Assembly (NCBI GenBank): GCA_020696385.1
Contig: JAEHCQ010000004.1
Span: 128,001-192,000, forward strand
DNA: 64,000 nucleotides
Direction: 5' to 3'
DNA from: Methanobacteriota archaeon
GTDB taxonomy: Archaea; Thermoplasmatota; Thermoplasmata; SG8-5; JAGLSY01
Shown: piece by piece, positions 1-10,270 of the stretch
How the letters are laid out: every line of letters starts with the position of its first letter
Numbering within the stretch: the stretch's first letter is position 1
Made by a program: the position numbers and the translations under genes
The notes under the pieces: model-generated
What the model saw: only the letters and a program-made list of their open reading frames with translations
What the model was told of the DNA's origin: nothing
The model's database searches: none

Positions 1-3000
1 ATCCATCCGGTCCATGTGGCATTGTCCGAGCTATATCTGTAATAGAACATGATATTTCCAAGGTCATAATTGTCTGTGGCAGAATATGGAACATTGAATG
101 TGGTGGTCGTGAACCACCCCAGCCACCCATTTCCAGCATTGGAAACTGGATCATAACCATCTGTAACATTGACCCATAAGGTATCCGTGTCCCAGTTGCC
201 AGATGCATCTGAGACATTTAGGGTGACCAGTATATTTCCTATATTGTCAAATAAATAGATGGGATTGACATTGTAAAGGGTGATGGGAATGCCATTATCT
301 GTGAATGTCCAGACATAGCTATCAATAGCGAAATTATCAGTTGATCCACTCCCATCCAATGATTGGTTCGTTCCCTGTGTGATCTGTAGATCGGCTCCTG
401 CATCCGCCATAGGAGCAGTACAATCAACAGTAAAGTTGTATACTGGAGTTTGAGTAATGAAGCCAAGAGTATCTATTGCCTCTATCATGTAAGGTACGTT
501 AATATCAATTCCCAGTGCGGGAATGATATAGTAAAATTCATTGCCAGATGCAAAGATCATGGGTACAGTTATCCAAGTAGCTCCATTATCTATGGAATAA
601 TATAGTGTGACAGCTCCAATTCCATTCGAATCTGTGACATTTGCAGTGATGGTCACATCCTGAACCCCATTTGGACTTTGAGGCGAGTGGTCTATATCAG
701 TTATAAATGGAGGGTAATTGGTCACATAGGATAGAGTGGGAGAGATGTCATTGCTTCCCCCTGTGTCAAATACCTTGATATAATAACTCACGGTGGTCTC
801 TATGTAGGCAGGTGGTATCGCTGAAGCGTAAACTGCATTGGTCGCACTTCCTGATATGAATGCCATTGGTTGTGAATTCCAATTCAAACCACCATCGAAG
901 GAATACCAAAGTGCGACACTTCCTATTCCAAAATCATCGCTTATGTTTGCGAAGATAACAGGAGAGTCAATCGCACTTGAGGGGCTTGGCACACTGGAAA
1001 GGTCGATGACCATTGGGTTTTGATCAATGGAATAAACATAGAAGGGTGATATGTCCCAATTGCCTGCTACATCAACAGCATTGATATTGTAGAAGACCAT
1101 GGAAACACCTGGGCCTGAGGCTGGTATGGTACCCACCCATGCACTATCACCTGAGCCATCTATGATTATGTCATCCACAAAGAAATCATCAATGGTCGCC
1201 GCTGTACCAATACTTCTGAACCTGAACTGGAAATTGGAATGCATCGCATTGGCAGGCAGAGAATTGATCACATAAGTGTAGGTGTTTTGTAAAATGGATG
1301 CTCCCGGTACTTGCCATAGATTTACCCAAGCATTTGAAGATGTTAAATAATCTAGGAACAGAAAATCATTTGCATCCGGGGCCTCTCCGCCGCCTCCCAT
1401 CTCGTAATAAAAGCTGATGTTCGCATCCGTGTATGTTGATAGATCCATTACCACGGAAGTTAGGATATCATCCGCGCCGTCCATATTAAGTGAATAAGGT
1501 GCCGAAGGTTCGTTCGATCCTATTGCATTTATAACTGGGCTATTCACCATTGATGCCCAGTTTGATGCATCGAGGGTCATGCTCGGGAAGTGTTCCTCGA
1601 ATATTATGGCTGAATTTTGGCCTCCACTCATGGGTGCGCTATTCCATGTCATCATCATATCCATGGAATACCAGAGAGTTGCATTTGCCACCCCGCTGGC
1701 ATCTGTTATATTAATTGATACATCTACGGGATTGGTCGCATTAGGGGATGTCGGATCAATGCTCGGAATTCCGAACACTGGTGGATCCGCATCCACATAA
1801 TAAGAATATTGCGGAGAGGTGGACGAAACACCTTGATTATCGGTTGCTCCAACATAGAAAAGCACAGTTAATGATATCCCAGTGGCCGGTATGAATCCAT
1901 AATACTCATCGCCAACACCATTGGTCATAGGCATATTGAGCCATGTGGCTCCGCCATCTATGGAATAATAGATGAAAGCAGCTTGAATTCCATCAAAATC
2001 TGTTATATCTGCTGTTACATTGACATTGGTAGATCCTCCCGGATTTAGAGGTGTATAGATGACATTGGCAATCACTGGAGGATATCCTGTTTCATAGCTC
2101 TGTGTCACAGAAACATTGCTGTTCCCTGAAAGATCGGATGCGCTCACGTAGTATAAGACCGTGGTAACCATATTGGATGGAGGAATGGTAGCAAGGAACA
2201 TGGCATCTGTAAGATTGCCAGATTGCATGGCCATTGGCAGTGATGACCAAGACACACCATCAAAGGAATACCACAGGTCTACATTATCTATTTCACCATA
2301 ATCTGATATGTTCGTGAAGACAGGACAGGATATGGTGGCATCAGAGGGATCTGGTATTGAGGTTACATCCAAAATATCTGGTGGTATTGAATCAATAATA
2401 TAACTGTACGTGGGTGAGTTTCCTTGATTACCTATTAGATCTGCAGCACTGACATAATAATATACCTCGGATACACCCAGGCCAGCAGCTGGTATGGTCC
2501 CGATCCATTGATTTTCAGTCTCGATGCAAAAATCATCGATGTACCATCCTTCATAGATAACAGAGATATCTGTATCAACTCTAAATCTCACCCATACGGA
2601 TGGATCTCCAGCGTAGGCCGAGATATCATAGTTATGCTGCTTCCAGTAGTTGTATCCTGAAGATGCAGGCACACTCGTGGCCGGTATCCGATCCAATTGA
2701 TTCCATGTTAATCCATTTGAGGATATCTCCACGTATGCATGATCGTATGTATATCCCTCTATTCTAAGCCAGTCATAGAAGGTTAAGTTAGCCGAGGTAA
2801 CTCCAGATAGATCGATCAGAGGTGACTGAAGCCAGAAATCAGCATAGTTGGCATATGTGTTATCCAGGTCAGTTCCCCAGCAATAAGAACCTGAATAAGC
2901 AGTTCCTGGGCCGTATGTTGGTAGCCCGTGTTGCCATTCATCCATTGCACCACCATGTGTCCATCCATTCAGTGGTTGGCCACCACCACCAGCACTACCA

Positions 3001-6000
3001 TATTCCATATCGTCTTCAAATATCGTGCCTACACCTCCTGATGTTCCAACCATCGCAACACTGCTCCATGTTGCCTGATCGTCCATCGAATACCAGAGGG
3101 TTCCATTTGCCACGCCTGTATCATCTGATATTGAAATAGTGACGTCAACTGGAGAGGTTGCATTTGGGTATTGTGGGCTTGTGGCCGGTATTCCGAATGT
3201 TGGTGGGTCTGCGTTTATATCATAGGAGTATGTTGCGGATGTGCCTGTCGTGGTTAAGGTATCTGTTGCCTCAATGTAATAGAACACGGTCAATGTTATC
3301 CCAATTGCCGGGATGACCCCATAATACTCATCGCCAACACTGTTGGTCATAGGGATGTTCAACCAGGTGACGCCTCCGTTGATCGAATAATAAAGGAAAG
3401 CTGAGGCCACACCATTTATGTCTGTTATGTCAGCAGTTACATTGACAGTCGAAATACCACTTGGATTCAGAGGCGAGTGGACAATATTTGCAATAATTGG
3501 TGCTAGATTGGTGTTATAGGTCTGGGTTGCCGATATGGCATTGTTATTGTAAATGTCGAAGGCGCTCACATAGTAATATACAGTTGTCTCGATGCCAGCT
3601 GCCGGGATCGCGGCACCATACATTGCATTGACTATGTTGCCACTGAGGTAGCTCATTGGCTGTGATGCCCAGGTAACTCCGTTATAGGAATACCACAGGA
3701 ATATGTTACCGAGCCCTAGATTATCTGTTATATTGGTGAATACCATGGCCGGAACAAGTGCATTTAAGGGGTCTGGCACACTTGAAACATCCACTATGAC
3801 GGGTGAAATATAATCAATGGAGTAGTTGTAGATGGCTGAATTATTGAAGTTGGCCGCGGCATCCGAGGCATTGACATAGTAGTAAACTATCGGAACACCT
3901 GAGCCGGCGGCCGGGATTGTCCCATACCACATGCCTGATGTCACTTTAACATCATCTATGTACCAGCCCTCGTTTTGTGTAACAGCAGATGTCGACTTGA
4001 AATTGAATCTGACCCGTACATCGCTGTTGCCGCTGAAGGGACTCAGGTCATAGGTTGACTGGTACCAGTCTCTGTATGTATCTCCGGTGAAAGCGTCGCC
4101 CCCCGAAAAGGCGTTACAGGCAGAATACCATGTATCTCCTGTAACCGGGTCAATTTTGGTCCAGGTGGAGTTGTCAGTTGAAACCTCCACTATGCCTCCG
4201 GCCTCGGTGTTATAGAAATCATGGGTGTGCCAGAAGCTGAGCTTCTCGTTGGTAGATCCAGTTGAAAGGTCAAAGGGTGGAGATATGAGATTACTATTGC
4301 TACCGGACATGTAATTGGCATCGAGATCAGTTCCCCATGCCGTGCTTCCGCTGTGGGCCCCGACGATATTCCCGTTTGCGGGGGTTCCGCTCTCCCAAGG
4401 GGTGCTGGCTGACGGATATGTAAGCCTTATGCGAACCTCATTGGATCCGCCGAGGTTGTCAACCTCTGCGCCGTAATCGCACATGATGTCTATTACTCCA
4501 TTGCTTGCCCAGGTATTAATCTGCGCCGCCGTGACCACCCACGAGTGTGTGGGGACCGGCTGCCATGTGAGGGCATTCTGAAAACCTATCTGCCCCCGTC
4601 CGATGTATGTTCCGACCAGGTTCTCGGCCCACACATCTATGTACTCGGTCAATGAGTTAAAATCCCCATTCCTCGCATCAAGATAGATCATTCCGTTTCC
4701 TGTGGCAGGGCTGGTTACAGTGAAGGAATGGGTGGTCGGCTGCGGGTTGCCTGCAAGGAAGTTGATGACCTGGATATTTGATTCGTCGAAATTGCTGGTC
4801 CCACCGGTTCCGACCCATCCGGGAGATCCGGATTCAAAATCATCCTCGAATAATATTCCTGTTGGCCCTCCCACCCCTGTCATTGGGGCGCTGTTCCATG
4901 TCGATTGGTTGTCGAATGAATACCATAGAGTTCCGTTGGTAACTCCAACATTGTCCATGATGGGTATTGAGACATTAACCGGTATTGTCGGGCCCGGGTA
5001 TTGAGGGTCTATGGCCGGGATGTCGAATGTTGGTGGCTCGGTGTCCAATGCGAAAGTTATGATGCCCGAGGTGTTGGTCACTCCGAAATTATCCTGTGCC
5101 CAGATGTAATAGGAAACCGACGGGACTCCAGTTCCCACAGGAGGAATGGTTCCCATCCACTGGCTGCCGCCCATAAATGCCATCGGCACACTTGGCCAGG
5201 TGGCCCCCCCATTAGTTGAATAATATACGAAGGCCGAGGCGATCCCATCGGGGTCGATTATATCTCCCGTCACATCAATGTTCGTGAAGCCGTTGGGGTT
5301 CTGTGGTGTTTGAATTATATTGGTAATATCAACATCGAAGTTCCTGATCATTATCGGGCTTGACTTCAAGTTGTTGCCAGGAATCACATCCGAGCTAAGG
5401 CCATAGGGGTCTATCCAGGCATAAATAATCATTGCTCCGGGAATCAGGGGCATCCAGGAAATGGATGCTATACTGGTTGAATTTACCAGAACGTTTACAC
5501 TGTCTACACCGATCTCCGTCACTCCCACATCGAGAATGTTGTCACCATTGACATCCGGGTTCTCGTTGAAAAAGTATACGTCAGCCATTGAAGAATCCAA
5601 ATTCCCTACATTCCATATCGAGGCATTTATGTAAAACAGCATTCCATTTGGCACCGGGCTGGAGGGGTCAAATACAATACCTCCCGGCAGCATGGTCAAG
5701 TCTGCGCCATCCATGTTGGCGAAGGACCACACTTCTGACCAGCCCAGGTTAGAGTTGGCTGGAGAGGCGTATCTGGCCATCACTCTCCAATAATAGGTGC
5801 CAGTACTCAAAGCGGCGCCCAGGGTGTAGACATCATTAACTGTTAGGATATCAACTTCTGGAGATGAGAAATCCATGTTGTTGTCAATCTGCAATGCGTA
5901 GTCCACAAGATTGCCGTTTGTGGTGGAATCATGCATATCAAACCATTCAAATGTGGTCACTGCCGGGGCAAGGGAGTTATTTTGTGGTGATATGAGAAGT

Positions 6001-7859
6001 GGTATGCTCATTGGAATTGTGGTTGTCGGTATGCCATTTGCGGTAGTCCGTCCTTCACCTTCTCCACCGTCAAAGCCCTGTCCTGGAGAGGTAGGTGCTG
6101 TGCCGCCCAGCCCTCCAGTGGCTTGGATAAATGTAGATTCTGTTATTGATGGAAGGCTTGCCTGAATATCAAGGGTTGCAGCACCGCCATCTCCAACGAA
6201 GCCAGTCAGGGTGCATTGGCCGCCGATGGCGGAATTGGAGCAGCTTCCTCCGGCTCCGCCGTATCCACCGCCTCCGCCACTTTCATCGCCGGTTCCGCCG
6301 GTGCCTCCATCGCCCCCGTTTCCTCCGGTTGCTGTGAATGAATTTACTACTGAAGCGAATTTATTTCCTTCAAGGATTATGCTGCTGCTTCCTCCGCAAC
6401 CCACATAATCTTGGACAACGGTATCTCCGCCGATTCCGGCTCCGGTGTCATGCCCGGCACCGCCACCGCCGCCGTAGCCTCCTCCGCCACCACCTTCTCC
6501 GCCGGTGTAGGGATCATATGGAGTGTCTCCATCTCCCCCATCTCCTGCCTGTCCTCCATTTCCTCCAGAAACAGAAACACTGCACATTGCCATGATGCTC
6601 AGTTGAGAATTGATATTGAACAATGATGTTCCTCCACTACCTACCCAGTCGCTTATAATGCCTCCATCGCCGCCAGTACTGGCCGGGGCAGATCCAAAGG
6701 TGTTCTCGGCACCACCACCGCCACCATAGCCTCCGCCACCGCCGCCGCAAGCATAGCCGCCGTGTCCGCCGTCTCCGGCATCTCCTCCGTTTCCGCCTGA
6801 TAAAAAGGAATTCGTATTCAGCATGATAATTGTGTCTGCACTGTCTAAGGCCAAGGTTGTTGAGCCTCCTCGACCGACATTGCCCGAGACATCTCCTCCT
6901 GGAAGCCCGTAGTACATGATGGCATCCCCACCAGAGTATCCACCTCCACCAGCGCCATTCTGCCCGTATCCGTGTCCTCCGTTACCGGCCTTCCCACCGT
7001 TTCCGCCTTGGGCAAATATATCTGTATCAGTAACTTGAAGTTTGTAGTCGGATGCAAAGAAGCTAATTGAATTTCCACCGGAGCCAACATCACCAGAAAC
7101 ATCGCCGCCATTGTTGTATCCGCCGCCTTTTCCGTGTCCATTGTTGCCACTGCCTCCGTCTGATGCATCGCCGCCGTCTCCACCTTCCACATTCAATATC
7201 GAATTGTCTATGATAAGAGCATTGGCCAGGTTCTGGCACCCTGCGTAAAGCTCGGCCTTCCCTCCGGCAGCCACGATTCCCGATAGGATACCGCCAGTTG
7301 TCCATGCATTGGATACAGCATTGGTGCTTGGAGGAAGGTCATAGCCATCTCCTCCATATATGCCGATTGTGGAGTTTCCAATCTCCATTATATTTGTGGC
7401 GGTTACATTAAACTCAGCAAGCCCGCCATGGCTGGAAGGTTGGGAAAATGCTCCATCGCTTCCCCTCATGAATATCACACCACCATTCTTCACCTCGAAA
7501 TTGCTACAGTAGCCGATAAAAGCCACGCTGCCTGAGTCTACTGGATTGGTCAAAGTAATGTTGCCACCATTCACCTCAACGCTGGAGTCAGCCTGCAAAA
7601 CTATGTTGGTTGCGTCAAAGGTTGCCCCGACTGGAACCACTAAACTTCCAGTTCCGGTAATTATTATGTTATTGTACGTCTCAAAGCCAGCCACCGTGTG
7701 TGTGGTCGAAATTACAAGGTTCGGACCTGTGCCAACCGGATTTGGATTATTTGATCCAGCACTAGCCACACTCACCATTGGAAATAGTGCGGATATTGTC
7801 ATTAATACTACTACAAATATACTCATTGCCCACTTATTACTCTGGTTGTGAATTCTCAT
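1..7859 (-). CDS. Giant secreted/surface protein (>2619 aa, 3' end beyond the window): signal peptide, Gly-rich GGxGG region, FN3-like and CARDB-like domains, then tandem Ig-like repeats with inserted jelly-roll (MAM/cleaved-adhesin-like) domains
   Basis: Manual translation from ATG at 7859 (MRIHNQSNKWAMSIFVVVLMTISALFPMVSVASAG...). The same frame is open at sampled positions down to base 1 (...GNIMFYYRYSSDNATWTGW). The ORF track lists nothing in this frame, consistent with no stop inside the window. Confidence 0.88.
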   Translation of the reverse strand, partial: MRIHNQSNKWAMSIFVVVLMTISALFPMVSVASAGSNNPNPVGTGPNLVISTTHTVAGFETYNNIIITGTGSLVVPVGATFDATNIVLQADSSVEVNGGNITLTNPVDSGSVAFIGYCSNFEVKNGGVIFMRGSDGAFSQPSSHGGLAEFNVTATNIMEIGNSTIGIYGGDGYDLPPSTNAVSNAWTTGGILSGIVAAGGKAELYAGCQNLANALIIDNSILNVEGGDGGDASDGGSGNNGHGKGGGYNNGGDVSGDVGSGGNSISFFASDYKLQVTDTDIFAQGGNGGKAGNGGHGYGQNGAGGGGYSGGDAIMYYGLPGGDVSGNVGRGGSTTLALDSADTIIMLNTNSFLSGGNGGDAGDGGHGGYACGGGGGGYGGGGGAENTFGSAPASTGGDGGIISDWVGSGGTSLFNINSQLSIMAMCSVSVSGGNGGQAGDGGDGDTPYDPYTGGEGGGGGGYGGGGGAGHDTGAGIGGDTVVQDYVGCGGSSSIILEGNKFASVVNSFTATGGNGGDGGTGGTGDESGGGGGYGGAGGSCSNSAIGGQCTLTGFVGDGGAATLDIQASLPSITESTFIQATGGLGGTAPTSPGQGFDGGEGEGRTTANGIPTTTIPMSIPLLISPQNNSLAPAVTTFEWFDMHDSTTNGNLVDYALQIDNNMDFSSPEVDILTVNDVYTLGAALSTGTYYWRVMARYASPANSNLGWSEVWSFANMDGADLTMLPGGIVFDPSSPVPNGMLFYINASIWNVGNLDSSMADVYFFNENPDVNGDNILDVGVTEIGVDSVNVLVNSTSIASISWMPLIPGAMIIYAWIDPYGLSSDVIPGNNLKSSPIMIRNFDVDITNIIQTPQNPNGFTNIDVTGDIIDPDGIASAFVYYSTNGGATWPSVPMAFMGGSQWMGTIPPVGTGVPSVSYYIWAQDNFGVTNTSGIITFALDTEPPTFDIPAIDPQYPGPTIPVNVSIPIMDNVGVTNGTLWYSFDNQSTWNSAPMTGVGGPTGILFEDDFESGSPGWVGTGGTSNFDESNIQVINFLAGNPQPTTHSFTVTSPATGNGMIYLDARNGDFNSLTEYIDVWAENLVGTYIGRGQIGFQNALTWQPVPTHSWVVTAAQINTWASNGVIDIMCDYGAEVDNLGGSNEVRIRLTYPSASTPWESGTPANGNIVGAHSGSTAWGTDLDANYMSGSNSNLISPPFDLSTGSTNEKLSFWHTHDFYNTEAGGIVEVSTDNSTWTKIDPVTGDTWYSACNAFSGGDAFTGDTYRDWYQSTYDLSPFSGNSDVRVRFNFKSTSAVTQNEGWYIDDVKVTSGMWYGTIPAAGSGVPIVYYYVNASDAAANFNNSAIYNYSIDYISPVIVDVSSVPDPLNALVPAMVFTNITDNLGLGNIFLWYSYNGVTWASQPMSYLSGNIVNAMYGAAIPAAGIETTVYYYVSAFDIYNNNAISATQTYNTNLAPIIANIVHSPLNPSGISTVNVTADITDINGVASAFLYYSINGGVTWLNIPMTNSVGDEYYGVIPAIGITLTVFYYIEATDTLTTTGTSATYSYDINADPPTFGIPATSPQYPNATSPVDVTISISDDTGVANGTLWYSMDDQATWSSVAMVGTSGGVGTIFEDDMEYGSAGGGGQPLNGWTHGGAMDEWQHGLPTYGPGTAYSGSYCWGTDLDNTYANYADFWLQSPLIDLSGVTSANLTFYDWLRIEGYTYDHAYVEISSNGLTWNQLDRIPATSVPASSGYNYWKQHNYDISAYAGDPSVWVRFRVDTDISVIYEGWYIDDFCIETENQWIGTIPAAGLGVSEVYYYVSAADLIGNQGNSPTYSYIIDSIPPDILDVTSIPDPSDATISCPVFTNISDYGEIDNVDLWYSFDGVSWSSLPMAMQSGNLTDAMFLATIPPSNMVTTVLYYVSASDLSGNSNVSVTQSYETGYPPVIANVIYTPLNPGGSTNVNVTADITDFDGIQAAFIYYSIDGGATWLNMPMTNGVGDEYYGFIPATGISLTVLFYVGATDNQGVSSTSPQYSYYVDADPPVFGIPSIDPTSPNATNPVDVSINITDASGVANATLWYSMDMMMTWNSAPMSGGQNSAIIFEEHFPSMTLDASNWASMVNSPVINAIGSNEPSAPYSLNMDGADDILTSVVMDLSTYTDANISFYYEMGGGGEAPDANDFLFLDYLTSSNAWVNLWQVPGASILQNTYTYVINSLPANAMHSNFQFRFRSIGTAATIDDFFVDDIIIDGSGDSAWVGTIPASGPGVSMVFYNINAVDVAGNWDISPFYVYSIDQNPMVIDLSSVPSPSSAIDSPVIFANISDDFGIGSVALWYSFDGGLNWNSQPMAFISGSATNAVYASAIPPAYIETTVSYYIKVFDTGGSNDISPTLSYVTNYPPFITDIDHSPQSPNGVQDVTITANVTDSNGIGAVTLYYSIDNGATWITVPMIFASGNEFYYIIPALGIDINVPYMIEAIDTLGFITQTPVYNFTVDCTAPMADAGADLQITQGTNQSLDGSGSTDNFAIDSYVWTFTDNGIPITLYNVNPIYLFDNIGNILVTLNVSDASGNWDTDTLWVNVTDGYDPVSNAGNGWLGWFTTTTFNVPYSATDNYDLGNIMFYYRYSSDNATWTGW

Positions 7860-7987
7860 GTCACTTCCCCTCTCGTACTGTGTAGTATATTACATAACTT
7901 GCTTATAAAGTTAACAGTTATTTACAGTAAATACCTGATAGCTAACCTATATTTATGCAATATATTGATACCTTCCAGTGACATTAT

Positions 7988-8025
7988 TTTATGATAATTA
8001 TTTATGATAATTATTTATGATAAAT
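7988..8025. repeat. Three tandem 13-nt units TTTATGATAATTA upstream of the giant surface gene
   Basis: Directly visible; the third copy is imperfect. Confidence 0.7.
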
Positions 8026-8052
8026 GAATATTGAGAAATAACCAATAAAAGA

Positions 8053-8130
8053 TGGTAGCGGGGAGTCGATTTGAACGACTGATCTTCGGGTTATGAGCCC
8101 GACGGGATTTCCTGGCTACCCCACCCCGCT
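8053..8130 (-). tRNA. Initiator tRNA-Met(CAU), CCA encoded
   Basis: Reverse complement AGCGGGGTGGGGTAGCCAGG...TCGGGCT-CAT-AACCCGA...CCCCGCTACCA; A1-U72 pair and three G-C pairs in the anticodon stem. Confidence 0.95.
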
Positions 8131-8294
8131 AAGGTGATAAAAGTAGTATCATCCCGAATGCCCATTCTTTAATAAACCTATCGGCTTTTAAATAATATCA
8201 TTACTGAATTTGCACCACGCCCCAATATCGCAGCCTTAAGGCTTGCGGATAAGGGGCGATAGTCATCTTATTGATGATACTGGTGTAAATTATG

Positions 8295-8369
8295 TAAGGG
8301 CTCAATCCTCTTGCTGTTAAACTAGAAAACAGCAAGGGATGTCCCATTCTTTAGGTTGGGGAGCCCTCA
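8295..8369. repeat. Intergenic repeat family 3, copy 1 (TAAGGGCTC-hairpin-hairpin-GAGCCCTCA)
   Basis: Same termini and two-hairpin layout as 29833-29909. Confidence 0.65.
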
Positions 8370-8428
8370 CCAGACAAAATTAAATATCATCATACCATTC
8401 CAAAATTATCTAGATTGGAGTTGAAAAA

Positions 8429-9208
8429 ATGGACTGGGGTATGAAAAATCGTTTGTCAAAGATAATCAAGCCGAAGGATGGAAGGACTGTCATGTTAGCC
8501 GTGGATCACGGTTATTTCATGGGCCCGACCACTGGCTTGGATAAATTCACCGACATGGTGAACCCGCTCATCCCGTATGCGGATACCTTAATGCTTACAC
8601 GTGGAGCATTAAGGAACTGGGTGGACCCAACAACAAATGTTCCAATAGTCCTCCGTGTCTCTGGGGGCACCAGCATACTCAATGATGATATGCTTCACGA
8701 GGGCCAGGTATGCTCCATTGAGGATGCAATTCGCCTCAATGTCTCGGGCGTGGCTTGGTCCGTACTCGTGGGCGCGAAATACGAGCGCGACACCATTCTT
8801 GGATTCACCGAGGTCATTGATGAATGCGAGGCCTATGGAATTCCCATGATAGCCGTGACCGCGGTAGGAAAGGACATGGTTAGGGATGCCAGATACATGG
8901 CCCTTGCTTCCAGAATGGCAGCCGAGCTGGGTGCTCATATCGTCAAGACCTATTTTGTAGAGGGTTTTGAAAAGGTTGTGGACACATGCCCTGTGCCGAT
9001 TGTGATAGCTGGCGGGAAGAAACAGCCCGAGGCTGATGCTCTGAAGATGGCACATGCGGCGATCGAGGCGGGCGCGATAGGTGTGGACATGGGAAGGAAT
9101 ATCTTCCAGTCCGAATCTCCGGTTGCGATGATCCAGGCTGTTAATGCGGTCGTGCATGATAACCACACACCACAGGAAGCTTTCGAATTGTTCAACAAGC
9201 TCAAATAG
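8429..9208 (+). CDS. lsrF: LsrF-like class I aldolase/thiolase (DhnA family)
   Basis: MDWGMKNRL start, MLAVDHG, ELGAHIVKT (Schiff-base Lys), IAGG, GVDMGRNIFQS. Confidence 0.85.
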   Translation: MDWGMKNRLSKIIKPKDGRTVMLAVDHGYFMGPTTGLDKFTDMVNPLIPYADTLMLTRGALRNWVDPTTNVPIVLRVSGGTSILNDDMLHEGQVCSIEDAIRLNVSGVAWSVLVGAKYERDTILGFTEVIDECEAYGIPMIAVTAVGKDMVRDARYMALASRMAAELGAHIVKTYFVEGFEKVVDTCPVPIVIAGGKKQPEADALKMAHAAIEAGAIGVDMGRNIFQSESPVAMIQAVNAVVHDNHTPQEAFELFNKLK

Positions 9209-9235
9209 GCCAAATTACGTTTTGCTTATCTTGGC

Positions 9236-9868
9236 CTACACCCAAAAGGCCAAGATAAAATACACACCGAACACGGCCAGCACCACGCCGCAGACTCCAA
9301 ATATGATCGAGTGTGCTTTTGGCGTCCATAGGTCTTTCGATCTGTGCACTGAATATGATAAGAACCAATCCCACAGGATATCACAGGTCTCATGGACGAT
9401 AATGAAAGCCAGCAACCCGATCCAACCGAAATCCAATGCTCCAGATATATCAGAAGTCCCAACTATCAGCGCGGCTCCCACTGTCACCCACCACAATATA
9501 ACATATGGATTTCCTGCTGTGGTTACTATTCCGGCCAGCACTGGATGGCCTGGAAATGCTTTCTCCACCACTTCTTTCTCTTCCCGCATCCTGATCATCT
9601 GGATGCCCATGTAAAGGAGCAGACCACCGCCCGCGATGCCGATAATACCCTGCATCCAGTCCTCCTTGAAGACATAATGGAAGCCCATCGCGATTATGAT
9701 GATGAGTGGAATCTCGACCATCAGATGGCCAAGGGCGATCCACAATCCCGCATGCTTATTTTCCGAGCCCTTGGCTATTGCCGCGACCATGACTGGCCCT
9801 GGCATCATTACGCCGGAAAGGGAGATGATACCAACAGCTCCCAGAAATGCCCAGAACTCCCAATTCAT
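9236..9868 (-). CDS. LysE family translocator
   Basis: SGVMMPGP, GH..VE, NPY..LWW motifs; multiple hydrophobic segments. Confidence 0.85.
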   Translation of the reverse strand: MNWEFWAFLGAVGIISLSGVMMPGPVMVAAIAKGSENKHAGLWIALGHLMVEIPLIIIIAMGFHYVFKEDWMQGIIGIAGGGLLLYMGIQMIRMREEKEVVEKAFPGHPVLAGIVTTAGNPYVILWWVTVGAALIVGTSDISGALDFGWIGLLAFIIVHETCDILWDWFLSYSVHRSKDLWTPKAHSIIFGVCGVVLAVFGVYFILAFWV

Positions 9869-9930
9869 CGTTTTGTACAATTGAATTTTGATATTAAGGT
9901 TTATGGCTTATACTTTGATATTTGCCCGCC

Positions 9931-10002
9931 CCAGTCAATTGATGCTCCCCCCACCTCACTCCTCCGCTTGCCATGCCCAACCCCCCATGGCCTGCTCGGA
10001 GT
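9931..10002. repeat. Intergenic repeat family 4, copy 1
   Basis: TCAATTG..TCCCCCCACC ... CCCRACCCCC..GYCTGCTCGGAGT shared with 51421-51605. Confidence 0.55.
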
Positions 10003-10053
10003 GGCTTGCTTCTTCTCAATTGTCTAAACACTGCCACACCCAGTTTGACAAAA

Positions 10054-10231
10054 CATGCCCCGTCTATAGAGATATGGCAGGCGAGGTTGACATAATAATC
10101 TATGTCGGCCAGCCTGTTCATTTCTCGGCGGGCGGGGTACTATATTCGATGATTATTCGAGTGACAGTCACAGAGTGCTCTGATACTCGAACCCCCGTCC
10201 AAGCCCAGTGCAGGGCGGGGAGGTCAAACTT
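10054..10231 (+). repeat. Structured intergenic repeat family 1, copy A
   Basis: CATGCCCCGTCT-var-GGGCGGGGTACTATATTC-N-GAGTGACAGT-N-AACCCCCGTCC-var-GGGCGGGGAGGTCAAA. Confidence 0.85.
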
Positions 10232-10270
10232 TTATAATCCGAACTGCATTCTTCCTCAGAGGTAGAAAGA

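Noticed and set aside
239-7851. Many short ORF-track entries on both strands
   Set aside because: They are shadows of the single giant minus-strand ORF; the Pro/Arg-rich translations are antisense or off-frame reads of Gly codons
7988-8025. Possible CRISPR or Fur/DtxR operator
   Set aside because: Only three contiguous 13-mers with no spacers; too AT-rich to assign a regulator
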